A stretch of 62,614 nucleotides of DNA, counting the filler, from Collodictyon triciliatum (lineage: Eukaryota), in the NCBI GenBank assembly GCA_043381765.1. It is 23 parts of 23 records of this genome, joined end to end, with 100 filler letters (N's around TTAATTAATTAA, not from the genome) between each part and the next. Parts side by side here need not be neighbours in the genome. Positions count along the whole stretch, not along the records: positions 52,247 to 54,782 come from JBHJMP010008744.1; positions 54,883 to 57,393 come from JBHJMP010008745.1; positions 57,494 to 60,004 come from JBHJMP010008746.1; positions 60,105 to 62,614 come from JBHJMP010008747.1; 19 more parts are not named here. The stretch is one strand, 5' to 3'. Of this stretch, positions 52,247 to 62,614 are shown in pieces; within the stretch, counting starts at the first letter, position 1, and every line of letters begins with the position of its first letter. The notes under the pieces are model-generated. The model saw only the letters and a list, made by a program, of their open reading frames with translations, was not told the DNA's origin and did not search any database. The position numbers and the translations under genes are program-made.

Positions 52247-54626
52247 CATACGGATGCAGCTTGTCCCACTCATCAAAGAGAAACGAGGCCTCTGCATCAG
52301 GTTTTTTCGAGTTTTTCACCATCCCGCTAGTGATGTCAAGATACCAATCGGGGGCATTAACGTTCTCCTCGACTTCATATCCGAGAGACGTAAAATGGTC
52401 GATTCCGTCCATGGGTGGCCCAAGATAGACTGTGCGACCACCCTATGAATTAATTGTGTGGCTATTACAAGATGCTGTAAATAATAGAAGCAAAATATAG
52501 GCTGGATTGTGTACCTTTTGATTTTACGCGAGATAAAAAAAAAAAGCTACCTTTCCAAGAAGCAAAAGAGTGTCGAACATGCGGAATATTTCTACACGAG
52601 GCTGGTGAATCACAGCAATCACGTTGATTCCCATCCTAACGAACGCATACATTTCGTTATCATGATAGAAAAAATTCATTCAAAGTCATGCGAGGAGAAT
52701 TGGAATGAAGAACACCCTTTCTCACCCAGCAATTGTTTTGAGTGCCCGGACACATTCTTCAGCCGACGAACTGTCCAATCCAGAAGTAGGTTCATCCAAG
52801 AAAAGTAGAGACGGATTCATCACAAGCTCCATTCCAATATTTACTCGCTTGCGTTGACCTTTTGATGAGAGATTTGTGAGATACAGCACTTTCGACGGCA
52901 TAATCATTTATATCGTACACTGTTATGAACAAATCAATGACACATGCTTACCTCCGCTAATACCACGCTTCAATTCGTCCCCAATTATTGTGTTGCGACA
53001 TTCTTGCAAACCTAGAATCTGGATGACTTCGTTGACCTGCAAAATTCGAAGAGAATCGACCATTACATCACGATTTTTAAGCACAAATACAAAGCCTCAA
53101 ACTGAATACTTAAATAAATAGATAAATGCTAATGCTCTAGCCACCTTCTGGTGGATTTGGTCCCACGTCGTGTTTGCAGGGAGACGGACTCTGGCACTGT
53201 GAATCTATGGTACATTTATTGGAGGTATCAAGAAATATTTCTTCAAGTTCTTATTACAGCCTCAATGATTATTGATGTTTCGACTCAAATCTTACCAAAA
53301 CCTCTTCTACAGTTAGTGTTCGAAGCATTACATCACCCTACATGAAGAAAATGATTATTTTTTTTATTCTTCCTTTCAATTTTGTGCAGGATGGTGGATA
53401 CATGAAGAAAATGATAAAGTTGATATATAATACCCATATGTACATCTCATATATCTCTAACTTCGCCTATTCGATGTTATTCTTACCTGTGGGACAAACC
53501 CGATGACTTTTGTGTATCGCTCGATTTCATCTTCCTTCCCGTTAATATAAACCTTGCCGGAAGACCTTGTAACCTATGCCACATGAACACATTTTTCAAC
53601 TTAAAAGAGAGTGTGGTTTTATAAGTGTCACAGAATGTGGTTTCATCTCGCTAAAAACCTTGCCGCACAGAACGTTTAGGAATGTTGTTTTTCCTGCGCC
53701 GCTGGGACCCATGATGGCTGTGACCTTAATAAAATGTTAATTGGATATCAGCATGAGTATGAAATGCACATTTGTGAATGAAGGTTAATGAAAACATGCT
53801 ACCTTTCCGTGTGGGAGCTCGCCAGAGACTCCGGCTAGGATGGGAATTTTCCTGACTGTTTTTCTGATGAGCCCTTTGGATACTTCGAGTGTGAACCCGA
53901 GGTCCACAAACTTGAGGTCAAATGTCATGAAGTTTGCTACAAGGTTGATGTATAAATAAGATATAAATGCAAATAGGAAATAGTTTGAATACTATTTCGA
54001 GGCTAAAATCCGCAATATTGTAGACGGATAAAAAAAATAAGAAAGGAGCTAATTAAATTTGATTACGCTTTTGAGATTCATCTCCTTCACCGCCTTGTTC
54101 AGCAATTTCTGGATTAACCGTCCTTCTGACAAATATGCTTTCCTGTATGCAATTAATAGTCGAATAAGAATATAATCACCGCAAGGGAAAATGAAAGTAT
54201 TTTAATTATGAATTGAAATTCACACTGCAAGTCAAATGAAAAATTTACAATGTGGTTTATTACGGGATTCTTTGGTTTCGCGGTTTTCTTCCAGAAACGA
54301 ATGATTGCATAGAGCGAAACAAGGACAATAAAGTCAGTGACAAGCCCACCCAGATAGACAAATGAGTGCGATTTTTCAGGACAGACGTCCATAGGGCGGC
54401 ACTCTGGGATTAAATATAAATTTATTAAATAATATAATAATCAATTTAATACAAGAAAATTGAAAATTTATGGACGGTTCATGTGTTTATGGTATATGCC
54501 AACGAGACAAACTTCGCTGATAGATGCTACCCTCAGGGCAAAAGTGTCCCTGTTCGCAAGGGATGGGCTCGTAGTTACCAGCGTAGGGGCAGTAGTATCC
54601 TTTGGGGCATCGTTTGCAGGAGGGAT
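52247..54626 (-). CDS. ABCG half-transporter with Cys-rich extracellular N-terminal region, partial
   Basis: [64 protein letters not shown]. Confidence 0.95.
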
Positions 54627-55273
54627 AGTCTTTTGAGAGGAAAAATAAATATTGTATCACCATTCAACAACCAAAACGTGGAATTCTATGTCTCAAACGC
54701 CTATAATCTACATGGTGATGATGATGAAAATGAAAACATAGATAAAATAATAAATAAGATGATAATTCATTCAATCAAATTGNNNNNNNNNNNNNNNNNN
54801 NNNNNNNNNNNNNNNNNNNNNNNNNNTTAATTAATTAANNNNNNNNNNNNNNNNNNNNNNNNNNNNNNNNNNNNNNNNNNNNTTGTTTTGTTGTTGTTGT
54901 TGTTGTTGTTGTTTTGTTGTTGTTGTTTTGTTGTTGTTGTTTTGTTGTTGTTGTTTTGTTGTTGTTGTTTTGTTGTTGTTGTTTTGTTGTTGTTGTTTTG
55001 TTGTTGTTGTTGTTTTGTTGTTGTTGTTGTTTTGTTGTTGTTGTTTTGTTGTTGTTGTTTTGTTGTTGTTTTGTTGTTGTTGTTTTGTTGTTGTTGTTTT
55101 GTTGTTGTTGTTTTGTTGTTTTGTTGTTGTTGTTTTGTTGTTGTTTTGTTGTTGTTTTGTTGTTGTTGTTGTTGTTTTGTTGTTGTTTTTGTTTTTGTTT
55201 TTGTTTTTGTTTTTGTTTTTGTTTTTGTTTTTGTTTTTGTTTTTGTTTTTGTTTTTGCGCTTTTTAATTCAAA

Positions 55274-56235
55274 GAATGATTCTACAGTGTCTTATTTTGA
55301 TGGATGTATGGATGGTTCGAATGTGATTCGCTCTGAACTTAACGACGCATATGAAGCATATCTCTCCAATGACTATTTTACTGCATTTTTGCGTTATTCA
55401 AAGGTTAACCTTTCCTTCATTATCTATTCCTTCTTTTTCTTTTTCTTTTTTTTGCATTATTCAAATATTATCAGTTCTGTTGTCTGAAAGACAAAAAAAA
55501 AAAATCTTATGAATTGATTTATTAACTCAATACTTTCGCAAAGGCTGCGCTCTTAGGGAGTAAAATTGGACAATTAAATTCGGCCTACTTGTTGGAGAGA
55601 AACTATGCAACCCCTTCAATTCTGTCAGATTTTGCAATCGATAGGGAAAACCAAACCATCGAATTTATTGAGCTCGCATCGAGGCAGAGCCACCCATATG
55701 CTTTAGTGAGGATTGCGGATATGTACTATGAAGGAGATGGATATGACATGTAATTTATAGGCAAAGCCAAACTACTTTCCTCATCCACATGACATAATGC
55801 TTAGATCTACCCGCAGAGCTGTGAGAAGACTCTGTATCAGTTTTTTTTAAAAAAAAAAAAAATGATGATATTATGAGTGTTTGGTTCGTGCATTTATTAT
55901 TATTGCTTTGGCTTATGTGAACCGATTTATTGAATGAGCACGTTCGTAGGAATAAAACACTCGCGTTTGAAATGTATGAAAAGGCCTCGAATTCAAGCGG
56001 ACATGCAGCCTTCAATCTCGGATATATGTATGAAACAGGCGACCAAGTTTCTGTCTCCATCGAAAAAGTAATATCCCCTTTTCAAACTTGTGAGATGATC
56101 AATTTGCATCGATTCTAAAGAAAGAAAAGAAAATAGCACCCACTATTCACATTTTTCCTGTTTTGTTTTGTTTTGTTTTGTTTTGTTTTGTTTTGTTTTG
56201 TTTTGTTTTGTTTTGTTTTGTTTTGTTTTGTTTTG

Positions 56236-56266
<31 letters not shown>

Positions 56267-56478
56267 CTACACATTGATTCGATTTGCATTAAACCAAACC
56301 ACAGGCCCGGCATTACTATCAACTCAGTATGGAGATCGATCCCGAAGCTGCACTGCCCAGCCAAATCCGACTGCTCATAATCGACATCAAAGACTTGCTC
56401 CGAAGCAGCATTTACTATCCCCTTTTTTTTATCATGTCCCCAACCATGTTTGTCCTATACGCTATCGCTGCAAGATAA
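55274..56478 (+). CDS. SEL1L/HRD3-like Sel1-repeat protein, C-terminal part
   Basis: AALLGSKIGQLNSAYLLE, ALVRIADMYYEG, AAFNLGYMYETG, ARHYYQLS; C-terminal hydrophobic segment. Confidence 0.85.
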
Positions 56479-56887
56479 ATAAAGCGTCCTGTCAGATGTT
56501 TGACAGCAACAAAATATGGTGGTGCGAACTCGGCATTTCTGCATACCATTTACGCTTGTATTATGGAGACTATTTTATGGTATATAATATACCGCTTCTG
56601 TGGTCACCTTTAGCCACATTGGTTCCTTTGATTAATCATAATTAATCTGAAACATCTTCGCAGGAGGCGGGAATCGGTCGAGTGGCGAAGTTGTGTTCAA
56701 GTTTCCATCGGGCTAATGAAAATAATAATACTTATAACTATAATGAAAAAAAAGAGACGTTCTCATGGCCAAAGCAAGCACTGTTCTTTTTTTCTTCACA
56801 AGATTTACAAAAGTTTATGCGCGACTGCGAGAGAAATGACTAAAAAGCCTGATAATACACACATGAAAGCAGAAGGAGAACCGTGCC

Positions 56888-57330
56888 ATGGATCGTAAAC
56901 AAAAGAAGAAAGTCAAGGCTGTGGCTCCAATCCAGGCCGAAACCGAAACTCCACAAGAGAAGAAGATGGAGGCAGTGCCCGTTGAATCAGAGGCGCCAAA
57001 GAAGTCTGCACAGGGAAAGGCTCCAGAATCGGTCAGCACTTCGATCCCTGCAGAACCCACAGCGCAGCCGAAGAAGGCTCCGAACAAAACCAAGAAGCGT
57101 AAAGGTACGCGTGTGTCCTCTTCGTCGATCTTCGAAAGTGCAGCTGTTGAGCTTGAAACCCCTGCCTATGAAAAAGGTGTATTCCGATCATATTCTAAAT
57201 AATGAGCCCTATAGAAGCGGAGGCTGAGGAAGAAGCTCCGGAAGTACATGCGCCTGTGGCCGAGCAGGGAGCCTCATCTTCAAAGGTACAAGAGACTTCG
57301 GCTTCAGGAACTGAGGAAGTTGGGCGTGGA
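56888..57330 (+). CDS. Hypothetical low-complexity protein, 5' part
   Basis: ATG-initiated GC-rich frame, K/E/A/P rich. Confidence 0.5.
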
Positions 57331-57340
57331 GGTGTGCTTT

Positions 57341-57393
<53 letters not shown>

Positions 57394-57501
57394 NNNNNNN
57401 NNNNNNNNNNNNNNNNNNNNNNNNNNNNNNNNNNNNNTTAATTAATTAANNNNNNNNNNNNNNNNNNNNNNNNNNNNNNNNNNNNNNNNNNNNGCGCACA
57501 T

Positions 57502-60004
57502 ATGCCGGAGGACAAGTCTCGCTGGTCGCTTGACTACTGGCACATCCCGCTCTTTGTTTGCGTCTTGCTTGTGTGGACGGCCGCTTTGTCTGTCGTGGCG
57601 CCCTTGCTTCGCGCACAGCATCAGACACGCTTTTTTCTGTCTGACCAGAATACTGCGTCGAGGAATGACTCTACAGAGGCTAAAAGTTACGCCTTGGATT
57701 CACCCTCGCTTGGACTGCTTGACGACTACCTTTCGAAACCCACATACCTTTCCAACGAAAGTTCAAGCTCAGATAATTGGGACGCGTGCTATCCTGGCTC
57801 AGAAGAAGGCTGGGATCAGCACATACGTCTGGGTGACATGAAAAAGCCACCTATTTTTCGAGGACAGTCATTGTTAGATGATGTGGAGCCGATTATAAAC
57901 GGTAGATAGCTAAAATCCTTTTTTTTTTTCTTTTCTCATTTTAGAGAAAAAAAAAGTCTTTGTATTTTAAGTATTATATTTTATTGTACCATAATATTAT
58001 TATATCTTATTTATTTTGATTGGCTATCCACTCGAACCGCTAGCACGCTGTCCACTGGAGTGTTCTGGAAATGGTTTATGTAACCAGCAGGGTAAATGCT
58101 CGTGTGAACTGGGGTTTACAGGAAAATCGTGTGAGAAAAAATGTAATATTTACTTGATTATCTCATCCACGTTATTAATTTAAAATATCTAAAGAACACG
58201 CAGTTCTTTTTTTTCTTTTTTTCTTTTTTTCTTTTTTCTTTTTTCTTTTTTCTTTTTTCTTTTTTCTTTTTTCTTTTTCTTTTTTCTTTTTTCTTTTTTC
58301 TTTTTCTTTTTTCTTTTTTCTTTTTTCTTTTTTCTTTTTTCTTTTTTCTTTTTTCTTTTTTCTTTTTTCTTTTTTCTTTTTTCTTCTGTTTTCGTCTTTT
58401 TAATACTGCCCCATACATAATATATTACAGTGAAAAAGGTAGGAAATCAAACAAAATTAGAGTACACACCTATGGACGGTGAACATTTTGCAGCAGAGTA
58501 TAATTGCCATGCAAAAGACCATGAAAAGGTCATAAATGAAGACTTGAAACCATGGAAAAAAGTAATTATCCACTTCCATGGAGGACTGAATGCATATAAT
58601 CAAAAAAATAACTCACCTTCTCCTCTTTTTGGGGTCTTTTTTATTTTACGATCAACCAATCAATTATTGAAGAGCGGAATAAGTAAAGAACTCATCGAAG
58701 AAAGCGTTCGGTTAAAATTTAGATGTCTGATTATGCAGGTACATGATTTAATGAGTCCAAAGATAAAACTTAGAATAACTGTGCAAATTCATAACATACT
58801 GAAATATCAGATATTGAACTACTTTGTCTCATAAATTGTAGATCATTAATAATACTGCATATCGAGCCACGAAGAAGACTTCTACTCCACTGAGATGGCT
58901 GAGTTTTAAGAAATTGCTTGTCAATCTGATCAGGAGAAATCCTCTTCCTAACCTTGAATTTGTGGTAGACTCTTCAATCGTATAATTCGGCATAATTAAA
59001 AATATGTGATTAAGAGAAATGACATTAATTATGTTTCATTTAATTGTTTGGATGGTTTATAATGGTTGCAGAATGTAAGAAAACATATATTATTTCTTCT
59101 AGATGTGTTTTGACGACCGTCCTTTATCGATGTACCCAGACATGTGGCCCATCTTTAGCTATTACAAATCACTCGCACATTCTGATATTCTAATGCCTGG
59201 GAGTTTTCATTACGATGAATTTCTGGGAACGGTTTGATATCTATAATTATTTACTCTTTTTTTTATGTCTTTTATTCTATCATTTTGCTTTAAGGGAGTA
59301 ATTTTACATACAGTCCGACTTCCGACTGTACTTGGAATCTTCAAAATATCCTTGGTCAAAGAAAACAGAAAAGTGCATTTGGAGAGGCACCGCTAATGGG
59401 AATTGGAAAGGTTTTCCTTATTCTGTTGAGACTTTTCCCTACTTCCCGCGACCACGTCTAGTCCAGATATCAAATCAAACACCCGATCTTGTGGACGCTG
59501 GATTCACAGGGACATATACACAGAAGCCAGAGGTGACTGAAATATATACTTTAATAAGCCATTCAAAATATAACAGAAAATATGAACAATTTGATTATTA
59601 CCAAATAACCCAACCATAATAGGGTTTGAAATCTAGATCAAACTATAGTTCAGAATAGTTCTTTTTACCAATTACGTACTTAAAATAATTCAGGTTCTGA
59701 AATTAATGGAACCATATATGAAGAAAAGAATTCCAATGAAAGAGCAATTAAATTCCAAATACATGATAGTAATTGACGGAAATGGTTCATCTGATAGGTT
59801 TTACTTTAAATAATCGAATCATGAACTTTGAACAATGTGATTCTTGCTCTCTTTTTTTTTTTCCTTTATTCGATTCAAATGTGATTCTTGCTTAATGATT
59901 TTATGTTTGTAGATATCATGCGTATCTGGAGTCTGGCTCAGTCGTAGTAAAACCCACTGGTCCTTATTATGAGTTTTTTCATTCGTGGCCTATCCCTTAC
60001 AAGC
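57502..60004 (+). CDS. CAP10/GT90 glycosyltransferase (POGLUT/KDELC-like) with TM and EGF-like module, partial
   Basis: CPLECSGNGLC...CSCELGFTGKSC, LPNLEF|..FDDRP, SDILMP, YPWSKKTEKCIWRG, RPRLV, KYMIVIDGN, YYEFF. Confidence 0.9.
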
Positions 60005-60747
60005 NNNNNNNNNNNNNNNNNNNNNNNNNNNNNNNNNNNNNNNNNNNNTTAATTAATTAANNNNNNNNNNNNNNNNNNNNNNNNNNNNNNNNNNNNNNNN
60101 NNNNCTATGTTCGTTTGTTTTGACGAGTTGGATTGAGGCGCAGATGAAGGTCTTTCTACTCTCGGTGGTTTAGATTGGTGTTTGGAGCTCGGGTTTGCTG
60201 CTGGTGTATTTGGTTTAGTTGTCTTCCGCCCAGGGGTTCTCTCAGAGGGGGAAAAAAAAAAACTTTCAGAAACCTGTTTTACATGAAAATATTCGAGCCA
60301 CGGCGAACAATGTTACATTTTGTTCGTTCATTGGTGGAAATTCTTCCTCCCAGAAGAACAATGCACAACAATTCATTTTAAAATAATATGGGTGTGTTCT
60401 GAATGAGGCTTATATTAGAATAAGTTTAAGTTTCAAGATAAAATTCAACAAACAAAACAAAAGATATTCTTAGTTGTTTTTATGAATGAGATAAAGCCGA
60501 TGACATTTGGTCGAATTGAACGCGCGAAGCAATAATCAAAGCTGAGATTGAAATGACGGATATTTGCCATATCGAGAGGCTCCTATTAAAATAAGGTGTG
60601 AATTTCAAAATTGTACTTTCATCTATTGTTTTTTCTGTATTGATAAATAAACGTGTCAAAAAATATCGTGTGAGAGTAAACTGGTAATAATATATATTGC
60701 TCTTTCCCTGTCTCTCTCTCTCGTTCTATTTAAAAGAATCAGTCGCA

Positions 60748-62450
60748 CTAATCAAGAAATGAAGTGCCTAACCTTTCCTTCGGGTCGTGTTCTTGATGTA
60801 AATTTTGAAGTTCGACATGTCCATAAACAAAGTAGATGTACGTGGAGATATATACAATGACACACCCAGATACAATGGTAATGTTAATCATTGTTTCATA
60901 AAAAACGGAAGATATCATCATGAGCACGCATGTAGTGAAAGCGTAGGCAATCGTTTTTGTGATTGCATCGGCATATTTGTAAACTGCAGTGACCACAACC
61001 CCCTATATTTAAAAATAAATAAACAAACAATTCAACAAACAAGGAGTTAAGAAAAAGTATTTCACATGCGATAAAATTATAATAATTAGTCACTCACAAC
61101 TATCGAATTCAAAATTATAACAACAATTGTGGACGTATTATAGCCTTGAAAGAATGTATATCCCTTGTGGAAGGTCTGTTGGTCGAGAAGGAAACCAAAG
61201 AAATTGAAGATAAAGCCAAACATATAGAGAAGCATATTTTGCAGTGGTAACGGAATCTAAAGATAGAATGTCAATTACTCAGGAGGAAAAAAGAAAGAAA
61301 AGAAAACCGATGTAAGATTCAATTTTCTAAATGCAAACATGATACATGAGTTGTTATTGGAGGGCTATGTCTTTGTTCAAAGGACTTTAATTTCTAGAGT
61401 ACAGCCTCATCTGATGTGCCGATTATAAATAATACCTTGTAATTTTTTATCAGGTTCTCATTCCACATGGATGAAAGGGCACTGAGAAATATAAGAAGAA
61501 ATAATGCAACATAATCTAGTGTGTCAAATCGACCGCCGCTCTTGCAAGAATCATACTGCACGACAACCATACCCAATACTTGCAGTACGATGCAACACCA
61601 TTGCAGAGTTCCAATAATTCTATTCAGCACGGTTTTTTTTTTTGTTTTTTTTAAAAAAAAACAAAAAAAAACAAAAACAAAAGAGATTTAGTTGAAACAA
61701 ATGTTAACATACTGCGAGGGCTGGATGAAGTAGAGGTAAGTATTGCATGGTCACAAATTAAAAGGACACTCAAATGCCTCATAACAAAAGAAAGGATGGT
61801 AACGGAGGACACTATCAGCAAATTATAATGCTTGTGGAACCTGTTTATCATAACTCGTAATAGCAAGGCCGTTAAAAATATTGTGCTGGACTTGAACAGG
61901 TTTATTGAAGCAGGATCAACCTTTCATACAGTTGAATTAGAAATCTATTTCGTTCATTAAATGTTATTTTTTTTTTTTTGTTAAAAAAAGTGCTCTAAAA
62001 TGGAATTATATCGCCCCTAAATGAGAAGTAAATTATGAAATGTGAGAGGATACATACTGAGTAAAGCGTATCTAACCTTCAGAAACAACGTAAATTGGAT
62101 ATGATTATTTACAAAGTAAACAGCTGAAAGCATAAGGCTTTGAACGACAAAAGACGTTGAAATGGTTCTCTTTGAGTAGGAGACAACCCTGCGGAATAAA
62201 CGAAAGTCCCAGAGCAAAGACAAGAACCCACTGCGGGACTCGACAGAATGAACAGAGTCGGCTGTGAATTGAGCCCCATTTTGTGTTTGGTGGGTGCTCT
62301 GCAGGTCATTTTCCTCCAAATCTAAGTCTTGTTTTTCGCGACTCTGGCCCGAGACCGTATGCAAAAGAAGCGTATACGATATAAAGAGTTTGCACAGCTC
62401 AGATACAGTCAAGGTCGAAGCAGGTGAATATTCGTATCTGATAATTGTAC
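60748..62450 (-). CDS. SLC35A-type nucleotide-sugar transporter
   Basis: SELCKL, YFVNNHI, LQWCCI...GMVVVQ, FFQGY, AVYKYADAITK. Confidence 0.9.
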
Positions 62451-62614
62451 ATCCTCATTAATTAAAATAAATAAATAAATAAATAATAGATAAATAAATA
62501 CCATGATAATTATCAGAATAATAATAATAATAATAACAATAATGATAATAATAATGATAATAATAATGATAATAATGATAATAATAATGATAATAATAAT
62601 GATAATAATAATGA

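Overview
AT-rich, intron-rich eukaryotic DNA, probably from a flagellated protist (CCDC151/ODAD3 and WDR90 homologs; standard code, mostly GT-AG introns). The window is not contiguous genome. It is about 23 pieces of ~2.5 kb joined by artificial 100-nt linkers (N44-TTAATTAATTAA-N44), plus one plain N gap at 5049-5136, and most pieces break at microsatellites, so adjacency across linkers is meaningless. Recognisable genes, mostly partial: GGT, UPF0390, class I PDE, CPSF30, DUF4062-NACHT protein, three LRR genes, WDR90, CCDC151 (split over two contigs), PAK kinase, PLOD-type glycosyltransferase, LIN37, 2-O-sulfotransferase, voltage-gated channel, Cu/Zn SOD, Aurora kinase, bacterial-type ankyrin protein, ABCG, SEL1L, CAP10/GT90 and SLC35A. 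Main finding: a frameshifted Fanzor (eukaryotic TnpB-like RNA-guided nuclease) C-terminus at ~13074-13473, followed directly by a multi-hairpin non-coding segment that recurs at 87% identity on another contig (10072-10278, minus). This is a candidate omegaRNA scaffold family. Also seen: a ~215-nt candidate structured RNA (30546-30760), a three-copy retroelement-like 3' tail, LINE fragments, three GC-AG introns and a 9-nt microexon. All family calls are by motif recognition; no database searches were run.
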